A DNA stretch of 64,000 nt from Limnochordia bacterium. Lineage in GTDB: Bacteria > Bacillota > Limnochordia > DTU080. Below, one piece after another: positions 56,056 to 64,000 of this stretch. Location of the stretch: NCBI GenBank assembly GCA_050951545.1, contig JBMNJG010000012.1, positions 256,001 to 320,000 on the forward strand, read 5' to 3'. The notes beneath the pieces are model-generated. The model had not been told where the DNA came from, searched no databases, and saw only the letters and a program-made list of their open reading frames with translations. A program made the position numbers and the translations under genes. Within the stretch, counting starts at the first letter, position 1. Each line of letters begins with the position of its first letter.

Positions 56056-57613
56056 TGGCGAACTCCCAACACTGAGCGATTGCCTGAGGCACCGCTCTTA
56101 TTAGATCACTGGCTATCAGTCCGGTCTGCCCCACCTGGGAGGCGATGTCCCCTGCACGGCCATGCAGATAGACCCCAGCTATGGCGGCAGCCAGCGGACT
56201 CATCCCCTGGGCCATGAAACCGGCGATTATGCCTGTCAGCACATCACCAGTCCCCCCTGAGGCCATGCCAGGGTTGCCTGTGCTATTGACGTACAGGGTG
56301 CGTTGTGCGTTATCAGTGACCAGGGTGGGGACTCCCTTGAGCACTACTACACAGCCATATTTCTCGGCTAGGCTCTGGCATGCTGCGGGTCGGTTGTCTT
56401 CAATGGTGGCAATGCTGCATCCCAAGAGCCTGGCTGCTTCGCCGGGATGCGGAGTCAGTACCCGTGGAGCATGAGAGATTTCCTGCAGCTGTGCACCCAG
56501 CATAGCCAGGGCAAACAGCGCATCCGCGTCGATCACCGTTGGCACTGTTGTGTGTAGGACAAGCTCTTTGACAAGGGCAATGGTGGCCTCATGTCTCCCA
56601 ATGCCAGGCCCCAAAGCCAGTACGTTTCTGGTCTCAAGGCCTTTTGTGATGACCGCCGCGGCCTCAGCCCCCAGAAACCCGGGTTTGGCCTCGGGAAGCC
56701 CAAGAGTCATCACTTCAGTTACTTTGGCGGCCATCGCACTCCACAGAGAATGCGGACCTCCCCAAGTGACCAGACCCGCGCCACTGCGAGCAGCTGCGCG
56801 GGCAGTAAGCTCTCCGGCTCCCAACATGCCCGCAGACCCCGCTACCACAAGAACGTGTCCGTAGCTTCCCTTGTGCGAGCTGCGATGCCGCGCTCCCATC
56901 AGAGTGGACACGTGTTGCGGTAATAGCCAAAGTCGCTCAGGCATGCCCTCCGTGCGCCAGGCAAGGTGACTCTCTGGAAAACCGATTTTCTCCACAGCAA
57001 TGCGGCCCACATGCTCGGCGCCAGGGTAGAGAAGTAGCCCCAGCTTGGGCAACCCAAAGGTAACTGTATGCTTGGCTCGGATAGCATCGCCAGTTACCTT
57101 GCCCGTATCTGCATTCACACCAGTGGGAATATCTACAGCCAGCACAGGACGTCCGGTCTTGTTGACTGCATCTACCAGAGCTGCCAGTGGCTCGCGGAGA
57201 GGACCTTTGGCCCCAGTCCCCAACAGGGCATCGATGATGAGGTCGGCGAGGCCCAAAGTGAACAGAAGTCGCTCGTTGACGGTCTCGACTTGGGTTATTT
57301 TGCAGCCCATAGAGACGAGAACTCTGTAAAAGTGGGCTGGCTCGCTATGTAGGCGTTCAGCCATCCCTGCCATGAAGACATGCACACGAGCGCCAGCTTC
57401 TTGTAGATAGCGCGCAGCTACAAGTCCATCGCCACCGTTATTGCCCGTGCCACATAACACATGGATGCGCCGTCCGCATACGTTGCCGAGCATGCTGTGT
57501 GCAACCCGAGCTGTAGCCGCACCAGCAGATTCCATAAGAGCTGCTCTTGGCATGCCTTCCCTTATACTGCGGTGATCGATGGCCAGCATCTCGTTTCCGG
57601 TCACGATTCGCAT
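56042..57613 (-). CDS. nnr: Bifunctional NAD(P)H-hydrate epimerase/dehydratase
   Basis: GNNGGDG, DIPTG, HKGSYG, LTPHPGE, GGTGDVL. Confidence 0.94.
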   Translation of the reverse strand: MRIVTGNEMLAIDHRSIREGMPRAALMESAGAATARVAHSMLGNVCGRRIHVLCGTGNNGGDGLVAARYLQEAGARVHVFMAGMAERLHSEPAHFYRVLVSMGCKITQVETVNERLLFTLGLADLIIDALLGTGAKGPLREPLAALVDAVNKTGRPVLAVDIPTGVNADTGKVTGDAIRAKHTVTFGLPKLGLLLYPGAEHVGRIAVEKIGFPESHLAWRTEGMPERLWLLPQHVSTLMGARHRSSHKGSYGHVLVVAGSAGMLGAGELTARAAARSGAGLVTWGGPHSLWSAMAAKVTEVMTLGLPEAKPGFLGAEAAAVITKGLETRNVLALGPGIGRHEATIALVKELVLHTTVPTVIDADALFALAMLGAQLQEISHAPRVLTPHPGEAARLLGCSIATIEDNRPAACQSLAEKYGCVVVLKGVPTLVTDNAQRTLYVNSTGNPGMASGGTGDVLTGIIAGFMAQGMSPLAAAIAGVYLHGRAGDIASQVGQTGLIASDLIRAVPQAIAQCWEFANDEA

Positions 57614-58008
57614 AGGCTATCCCCCCACGGCTCTACCTCTGTGGTGGCCACTGCAAAGGCCACAGCGCACTCTTTTTCGTGAGCAAGGCTTATATGTATG
57701 TGGCGTACTCGTAGCTGCTCGGCCAACACACGTGCTTGTCCATGAAGTTTCACCCGCGGGGGGCCCCCAGAACCGATCACTTCCACATCGATCCATCGCA
57801 CGCCGTGGGCCCAACCAGTGCGTAGGGCTTTCATCACCGCCTCCTTGGCCGCGAAGCGGGCAGCGAGGCGGGCACTGCAATTGGCTTGGCTGCAGACATG
57901 CTGCTCCTGTTGGGTGAACACGCGATCCAAGAAACGATCAGCAAAACGCTGTACGGCAGCCTCTATACGAGAGATCTTCACGATGTCCACTCCAACGCCA
58001 ATCACCAA
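57601..58008 (-). CDS. acpS: Holo-ACP synthase
   Basis: GVGVDIV, RFAAKEA, ISLAHE. Confidence 0.95.
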   Translation of the reverse strand: MVIGVGVDIVKISRIEAAVQRFADRFLDRVFTQQEQHVCSQANCSARLAARFAAKEAVMKALRTGWAHGVRWIDVEVIGSGGPPRVKLHGQARVLAEQLRVRHIHISLAHEKECAVAFAVATTEVEPWGDSLCES

Positions 58009-58021
58009 CGTCAGGCACCTC

Positions 58022-59365
58022 TCATACTTTGGCTCCCAACTCCCGCTCGATTACGGCAGCCACGCCTTCTGCCAGCTCTTCTACTCGCACGGCGTCCAAC
58101 CCTTCAGCCATCACTCGCACCAAGGGTTCCGTGCCCGAAGTACGCACCAGCAAGCGCCCTTGGCCGGCAAGCTGCCGTTCTGCTTCGGCTATGGCTTGAC
58201 GAATAGCCTCATTGTTCTCCCAGCCTTTTGAGCAGACGTGAGCATTTACCAGACGCTGAGGCACTCGCTCCATCTGTGCGGCGAGCATTGAGAGCTTCTG
58301 ACCAGTGCGCTGCATGACACCGAGGAGCTGCAGCGCACTCAACACGCCGTCTCCAGTGGTAGCGTGATCCAAAAAGATGATGTGTCCGGACTGTTCGCCG
58401 CCGAGGTTGAGCCCGGCGTCCAGCATGGCCTCCAACACATAACGATCGCCAGCGTTGGCGGTCAGAACGTGCCCTCCGTGTCTTTCTAGGGCTCTGTGTA
58501 GGCCCAGATTACTGTAGAGTGTGGCGGCAACCGTCTTCTTCTTCAGCTCGCCTTGGCGCAGCATGTCGAGACCGAAAATGACAAGAAGGTGATCACCATC
58601 GACAATCTGGCCGCGTTCATCGACCGCTATCAGTCGGTCAGCGTCCCCGTCAAAAGCCAAGCCAGCGTCGGCCCGATGCGCTAGGACGGCTCTTTGCAGC
58701 GTCGCAGGGTGCGTGGAACCACATTCCACGTTAATGTTAGTTCCGTTCGGCTCGACGTGAATGGGGATAACTTCAGCCCCGAGATGCGATAGCACATAGG
58801 GTGCGATATGCCAGGCAGCTCCATGAGCTGCGTCGATAACTATCCTGAGCCCCTGCAACGACGAACTCAAGGAGACTAAGAACGCGGCATACCCTTTCCA
58901 GGCTTCGTCGTCGGTGTGGGCCCGCCCAACCCCCTCACCTATAGGCAACTCGCTAGTGGAGCCTATCCGGGCTGCAATCTCGTCCTCCAAGCTCTCCGAA
59001 AGCTTGAGGCCGCCTTCAGCAAAGAACTTTATGCCATTATCAACAACCGGATTATGCGACGCCGATATCACCACGCCAGCCGCTGCCTTCATGCTCTTTG
59101 TGAGATAGGCTACTGCCGGCGTCGGGATCACCCCTACGAGCACTGCGTCTACACCCGCGGAGGTAATTCCAGCCACAAGCGCCGCTTCCAGCATATCACC
59201 AGAGATACGCGTGTCGCGCCCCACAAGAATCGGGCTATCTCCATGGCGTGCCAACACAGAGGCTCCGGCGCGACCGAGTCCTAGGGCGAGTTCGGGTGAG
59301 AGTTCACGGTTTGCTATGCCGCGCACTCCGTCGGTGCCAAACAAGCGTGCCATTACGCGATACAC
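58022..59365 (-). CDS. glmM: Phosphoglucosamine mutase
   Basis: FGTDGVRG, SASHNP, DGDADR, GGEQSGH. Confidence 0.96.
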   Translation of the reverse strand: MYRVMARLFGTDGVRGIANRELSPELALGLGRAGASVLARHGDSPILVGRDTRISGDMLEAALVAGITSAGVDAVLVGVIPTPAVAYLTKSMKAAAGVVISASHNPVVDNGIKFFAEGGLKLSESLEDEIAARIGSTSELPIGEGVGRAHTDDEAWKGYAAFLVSLSSSLQGLRIVIDAAHGAAWHIAPYVLSHLGAEVIPIHVEPNGTNINVECGSTHPATLQRAVLAHRADAGLAFDGDADRLIAVDERGQIVDGDHLLVIFGLDMLRQGELKKKTVAATLYSNLGLHRALERHGGHVLTANAGDRYVLEAMLDAGLNLGGEQSGHIIFLDHATTGDGVLSALQLLGVMQRTGQKLSMLAAQMERVPQRLVNAHVCSKGWENNEAIRQAIAEAERQLAGQGRLLVRTSGTEPLVRVMAEGLDAVRVEELAEGVAAVIERELGAKV

Positions 59366-59394
59366 CCCCCATACAGTATGCGCAGCAGGAACTG

Positions 59395-60144
59395 CTATCT
59401 CCCAGTGAACCGAGTAGCGCCCGGAGGCTGAGCCTCTGCTTTGGGAGGACTCGGCAACGGAGTCTCCGGCTCAGGCAGCTCTGGCTCTGCAGGGGGCGAC
59501 TTGGTGTTCATCACCACGCGCACTTGCGTGGGCTCTATGGTTAGGTCAGCTACGTCGCGATCAGTACCATCCACGACCCTGACTTCGGTGAGTACCGAAT
59601 CCTCAGAGGTGTCGTAAGTGGCGATGGCGTAGACTCGGGCCACCCGTTCAATGTCGCTTTTGGCACCCGAAACGGTCACCTCTGCGGGCTCAGGCTGGCC
59701 GATCACCACTTCGACACCAGGCGGCAGGCCGATCAGCGCTGTCACCACCGAAAAACGTCGGGTGGTCTCCGGTTCCAGACGGACGGCTATGTGTTCCGGT
59801 TTCACTGCTAGCACAGAGAACCGGGATGGCACGCTGACATGTACGGCGAGGTGGTACTGACCAGCCCTCTTGCCTCGCATGTCGATGTAGGCCTCGAGTT
59901 GCTCAGGAACGGGCACATTGCTAGGGCCGCGCAAGCGCACCTCCACCTGTGGTACGTCCTGGAAGGGAATGAGCTCCTTTGCTACCCCAACCAAACGGAC
60001 GGTGGCGGGCAATACGCGCTCTTCCATGGCCACCGGTTCTGTACGAAGATCCTCGGAAGCGACAAACCACAAAGCTACCGCGAGTGCCAAGGCGAGCAAG
60101 CGGATACCTATGTCTCGCTTCCAGTTAGGTTTCAACGCAACCAC
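59395..60144 (-). CDS. cdaR: CdaR/YbbR-domain regulator of diadenylate cyclase
   Basis: N-terminal TM, YbbR-like repeats, located between cdaA and glmM. Confidence 0.85.
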   Translation of the reverse strand: MVALKPNWKRDIGIRLLALALAVALWFVASEDLRTEPVAMEERVLPATVRLVGVAKELIPFQDVPQVEVRLRGPSNVPVPEQLEAYIDMRGKRAGQYHLAVHVSVPSRFSVLAVKPEHIAVRLEPETTRRFSVVTALIGLPPGVEVVIGQPEPAEVTVSGAKSDIERVARVYAIATYDTSEDSVLTEVRVVDGTDRDVADLTIEPTQVRVVMNTKSPPAEPELPEPETPLPSPPKAEAQPPGATRFTGR

Positions 60145-60908
60145 CCCCTCAGCAAGCCACCGTTTTGGTTGAGTACCGAGGCCAGGGTGGTCCGCAGAGC
60201 GTTCTCATCAAGGTTTCGGTGCAACTGACCTCCCACAGCGACAGAAACGATGCCCGTTTCCTCGGAGACTGCCACGACAAGAGCATCAGAGACCTCGCTC
60301 ACCCCTAGAGCGGCGCGATGGCGAGTACCCAACTCGGCTGGCATGGGTGACTCCGTAAGTGGGAGAAAACAGCCTGCCGCAACGAGGCTCATACCACGCA
60401 AGATAAGAGCACCGTCATGTAGGGGTGTCCTCGGAACAAAGATAGTGAGAATCAGCTCCGGGGAGATAGTGCCCTCGATGCGCACGCCGGATTCGATGTA
60501 CTCCTCAAGTCCGACATCTCTTTCGAAGACAATGAGCGCTCCCGTTTGGGATTGTACGAGCTGACGGACCGCTCGCGCCACCACATCAATGACGGCATCC
60601 GTATCGTCTTGGCCTAGCGTTGACAGACGGCTGAAGAGCTGCCCGCGTCCTAGATGCTCGAGGGCGCGGCGTAGCTCTGGGTAGAAGACCACCGGAAGGG
60701 CTACCAAGATTACCGTTGTTCCCTGCGTAAGAATCCAGGTTACCGTCCGCAAGCCCAAATAGCGGGCGACAACATTGGCCGCAAGGATAATGCCGAGGCC
60801 TTTTATGATACTCGTGGCCCTGGTTCCCCGAAGGATAAGCATGAGTCGAAAAACAACATAGGCGACGATGAGAATGTCAATAAGGTCAATGGTGGTCAAT
60901 GCGGGCAT
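60132..60908 (-). CDS. cdaA: Diadenylate cyclase CdaA
   Basis: 3 TM helices, PLHDGA, GTRHRAA, VSEETG. Confidence 0.95.
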   Translation of the reverse strand: MPALTTIDLIDILIVAYVVFRLMLILRGTRATSIIKGLGIILAANVVARYLGLRTVTWILTQGTTVILVALPVVFYPELRRALEHLGRGQLFSRLSTLGQDDTDAVIDVVARAVRQLVQSQTGALIVFERDVGLEEYIESGVRIEGTISPELILTIFVPRTPLHDGALILRGMSLVAAGCFLPLTESPMPAELGTRHRAALGVSEVSDALVVAVSEETGIVSVAVGGQLHRNLDENALRTTLASVLNQNGGLLRGWLR

Positions 60909-60948
60909 CAGGGCCTCCCTCTTTCGAAAAAAAGCTCCCCTGGACCCG

Positions 60949-62544
60949 CTACTTCCCAGTCACCGCCAGACCAGTCTGTGGCTCAACGTCACAGATCATC
61001 AGGCCATACTCCATCGAGTCCACCAGAGCTCTCCAGCTAGCTTCTATAAGGTTCGCAGACACTCCTACCGTATTCCAAGAACGCCCGTGGGCGGCCGACT
61101 CGATGAGGACACGAACGACGGCTTCAGTACCAGCTTCTTCGTTGAGGACTCGGACCTTGTAATCCGTAAGGTGAATCTCGCTGATCATTGGGTAGTGACC
61201 CTCGAGCGCCCGACGCAAAGCCACGTCCAAAGCGTGCACGGGGCCATCTCCTTCAGCAACAGTATGCACTAGATGGTCGCCTATACGCACCTTGATCGAT
61301 GCCTCGGCAATGGGATCTTGGCTGAGACTGTGCTTGTCTATGATCACTCGCAGGCCGAGCAGTTCAAAAAACGGCTTGTAGAGGCCGACAGCCTTCTTTA
61401 GCAGAAGCTCAAACGAGCCTTCGGCGCCTTCAAAGGTATACCCTTCGTGCTCGAGATCCTTGACCGCCCGGAGCACGCGCTCCAGGGCGCTTGAACCTTT
61501 CTCCAGTCTTACTTGGTACTCCTGCGCCTTGTAGATCACGTTTCCCGCCCCTGAGAGTTCGCTTACCAAGACTCGTCTTCGATTGCCCACCAGGGTGGGA
61601 TCAATGTGTTCATACGTTTCGGGCTGGCGCAGCATGGCAGAGACGTGAACGCCTCCCTTATGGGTAAAGACACTGCGCCCCACGAAGGGCCGTCGGCTAT
61701 CGGGCTTCACATTGGCTAGGTCATCGACATAACGAGAAAGCTCAGTGAGGCTCGAGAGATCAGCACGACACGTACACCCCATCTTGACCACGAGATTTGG
61801 GATGATCTGACACAGATCCGCATTACCTGAGCGCTCTCCATAGCCATTGATCGTCCCTTGCACATGCGTGGCCCCGGCCTTGACAGCCATGAGCGTATTG
61901 GCTACGCCCACTCCGCTGTCATTATGGGCATGAATACCAATCGGTAGGCTTACAGCGCTTTTTACACGTTGGGTTACCTCGTAGACGTCATGCGGCAAGT
62001 AGCCGCCATTGGTGTCGCACAGAGTGATAGTGCGGGCACCCCCTCGGGCAGCTGCTTGCAGAGTCTCCAGAGCATACGCCGAGTCAGCCTTGTAGCCGTC
62101 GAAAAAATGCTCAGCATCGTAGATCACGCTCAAGCCCCGCGCCACTAAGAAGGTGATACTCTCCTCGATCATGCGAAGGTTCTCGTCAAGGGTCGTGCGC
62201 AAAGCTTCGCGGACATGAAAATCCCAGCTCTTGCCGAAGATGGTGGCCACCTGAACACCCGATCCCGCGATAGATGCGAGGTTGGGGTCATCGTCCGCAC
62301 TACGGCTTCGATGCCGCGTGCTACCAAAGGCTGTCAGTCGGGCGTGTCTCAACTCGAGTTCTTGGGCTCTAGAAAAGAACTCAGCGTCCTTCGGATTTGA
62401 CCCGGGCCATCCTCCTTCGATCAAGTCTACTCCCAACTGATCAAGGCGGCGGACAATGTTCAGTTTGTCTTCCACAGAGAACGAGACGCCCTCGCCTTGG
62501 GTACCGTCACGTAGCGTAGTGTCGTACAGTTCGACTAAGAGCAC
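60949..62544 (-). CDS. cimA: Citramalate synthase
   Basis: YDTTLRDGTQ, EGGWPGSNPKD, DAEHFFDGYK, HAHND; GTG start at 62544. Confidence 0.92.
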   Translation of the reverse strand: MLLVELYDTTLRDGTQGEGVSFSVEDKLNIVRRLDQLGVDLIEGGWPGSNPKDAEFFSRAQELELRHARLTAFGSTRHRSRSADDDPNLASIAGSGVQVATIFGKSWDFHVREALRTTLDENLRMIEESITFLVARGLSVIYDAEHFFDGYKADSAYALETLQAAARGGARTITLCDTNGGYLPHDVYEVTQRVKSAVSLPIGIHAHNDSGVGVANTLMAVKAGATHVQGTINGYGERSGNADLCQIIPNLVVKMGCTCRADLSSLTELSRYVDDLANVKPDSRRPFVGRSVFTHKGGVHVSAMLRQPETYEHIDPTLVGNRRRVLVSELSGAGNVIYKAQEYQVRLEKGSSALERVLRAVKDLEHEGYTFEGAEGSFELLLKKAVGLYKPFFELLGLRVIIDKHSLSQDPIAEASIKVRIGDHLVHTVAEGDGPVHALDVALRRALEGHYPMISEIHLTDYKVRVLNEEAGTEAVVRVLIESAAHGRSWNTVGVSANLIEASWRALVDSMEYGLMICDVEPQTGLAVTGK

Positions 62545-62569
62545 GTTTACCCCCCTTTCATTTCTCATG

Positions 62570-63157
62570 CTATACGACACGCTCCGCTTCATAGCGGCGA
62601 ATCTTCTCCTCGAGTCTCAGCGTGACGTCGATATCGTCTAGTCCCTCGAGAAGCCGCTCTCGTCGCGTGCTGTCAACAGCGAATGGAAGTGTGAGATCAA
62701 CCGCATCGGTAAGACGGCACTTCTCCAGGTCGACGGTGATCTCATAGCGGCGGGCCTGTGCCCTAGCCATAAGCAGATCCACGTCCTTGGTACTTAGGCG
62801 GATGGGCAACATGCCATTCTTAAAGCAGTTGTTGTAGAAGATGTCGGCAAACGAGGGCGCGATAATGATCCGAAATCCATAGTCCGATAGGGCCCAAGGG
62901 GCATGCTCGCGCGATGAACCGCAGCCAAAATTATGGCGAGCGATGAGGATGCTGGCGCCCTGATACTGAGCTTGGTTCAGCTCAAAGGCAGGATTTGGCT
63001 CGCCCGATTCAAGGTAACGCCAATCAAAGAACAGGTACTTGCCAAAACCAGTCCGCTCGATGCGCTTGAGAAACTGCTTTGGGATGATCTGGTCGGTATC
63101 TACATTAGCCCGATCAAGAGGCGCCACCACACCAGTATGTGTCACAAATCTCTCCAA
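62570..63157 (-). CDS. leuD: 3-isopropylmalate dehydratase small subunit
   Basis: [24 protein letters not shown]. Confidence 0.97.
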   Translation of the reverse strand: MERFVTHTGVVAPLDRANVDTDQIIPKQFLKRIERTGFGKYLFFDWRYLESGEPNPAFELNQAQYQGASILIARHNFGCGSSREHAPWALSDYGFRIIIAPSFADIFYNNCFKNGMLPIRLSTKDVDLLMARAQARRYEITVDLEKCRLTDAVDLTLPFAVDSTRRERLLEGLDDIDVTLRLEEKIRRYEAERVV

Positions 63158-63216
63158 ACCGGATACCCTCCTAGAAAATGACGTGACGCCGTGCAGCCAT
63201 GTCTGCGGCTTCCCTG

Positions 63217-64000
63217 CTACGATCTAGCTCGCCAATGGCGTACGTCCACAAAATGCCCAGCAATGGCTGCTGCTGCGGCCATTGCCGGGCTGACCAGATG
63301 CGTACGCCCCAGGCGGCCTTGACGTCCTTCGAAATTGCGATTAGACGTCGCAGCGCATCTTTCGCCTGGCTTCAGAACATCAGGATTCATCGCTAGACAC
63401 ATGCTGCAACCGGGTTCGCGCCATTCAAAGCCAGCCTGCTGAAAGACAGAGTGCAACCCTTCTGCCTCTGCCTGTAGCTTGATGGCTCGAGAGCCAGGCA
63501 CCACCATCGCTTGCACGCCGGGAGCCACCTGCCTGCCTTCAGCCATGGCAGCGGCGGCTCGCAGGTCTTCTATGCGCGAATTCGTGCATGAGCCGATGAA
63601 CACGCGGTCGATGGCTATCTCAGCAAGCGGGGTGCCCGGCCGCAGTCCCATGTACTCCAAAGCCTTTGCAGCGGCCTGGCGCTCCATGGCCGAGGCGAAA
63701 CTAGCGGGATCGGGCACCTGCCCCGAAATTGACGTGACCATGCCCGGGCTTGTACCCCACGTCACCTGGGGCTCAATGCTGGAGACGTCAACGACGAGAG
63801 TGCGGTCGTAGTGCGCCCCGGGATCGGAAGCCAAATGGCGCCACCTGCGCAGCGCTACCTCAAGAGCGCTGCCACGGGGAGCGTACAGCCGATCTTTTAG
63901 GTAGGCGAAGGTGGTTTCGTCAGGAGCCACCATCCCCGCCCTAGCTCCAGCTTCGATCGTCATGTTACAAAGGGTCATGCGTTCTTCCATAGAGAAGGAG
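63217..64000 (-). CDS. leuC: 3-isopropylmalate dehydratase large subunit (C-terminal part; runs off the window)
   Basis: [36 protein letters not shown]. Confidence 0.97.
   Translation of the reverse strand, partial: SFSMEERMTLCNMTIEAGARAGMVAPDETTFAYLKDRLYAPRGSALEVALRRWRHLASDPGAHYDRTLVVDVSSIEPQVTWGTSPGMVTSISGQVPDPASFASAMERQAAAKALEYMGLRPGTPLAEIAIDRVFIGSCTNSRIEDLRAAAAMAEGRQVAPGVQAMVVPGSRAIKLQAEAEGLHSVFQQAGFEWREPGCSMCLAMNPDVLKPGERCAATSNRNFEGRQGRLGRTHLVSPAMAAAAAIAGHFVDVRHWRARS

Noticed and set aside
58009-58021. glmS ribozyme or glmS after glmM
   Set aside because: Only 13 nt separate glmM and acpS; neither element is present.
59395-60908. cdaA-cdaR as a novel signalling system
   Set aside because: This is the standard cdaA-cdaR-glmM operon; the Pro-rich CdaR tail is an ordinary low-complexity end.

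Overview
Core-genome segment of a GC-rich, endospore-forming Bacillota (Firmicutes) bacterium; Clostridia/Limnochordia-like is an inference from gene content. Almost all genes lie on the minus strand. Reading in transcription order (64000 to 1): leuC(partial)-leuD-cimA, cdaA-cdaR-glmM-acpS-nnr-alr-lpdA, glycogen debranching enzyme-PHP protein, rapZ-yvcK-whiA, cggR-gap-pgk-tpiA-gpmI-eno, secG, smpB-ssrA, an uncharacterised ABC-2 cassette, amidase-murD-rph-rdgB, 5 tRNAs, tig-clpP-clpX, a frameshifted polysaccharide-lyase-like gene, lonB, a divergent spo0A, argF, rlmD, a SASP (+ strand), a DUF815 ATPase, sufC-D-S-U, icd, mtnP, 2 tRNAs, a CBM protein, murA-mtrB-small proteins-accA-pfkA-pyk, a nitrilase, a PurM-like protein, a hydrolase and a partial ROK-like regulator. 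I saw no CRISPR array, integrase, transposase or prophage. The best candidates for new biology are: (1) the smpB stop codon lies inside the mature tmRNA, so tmRNA processing would leave a nonstop smpB mRNA; (2) a Spo0A with a rewritten recognition helix and TGTCA repeats upstream; (3) an ABC-2 cassette with an internally duplicated surface protein; (4) a TRAP / Trp-cluster ORF / PII-like protein / accA arrangement. Smaller oddities are a pfkB-family pseudogene remnant, a probable CTG start in rdgB, a suf operon without sufB and an extended SASP. All calls come from reading the sequence; no database searches were run.
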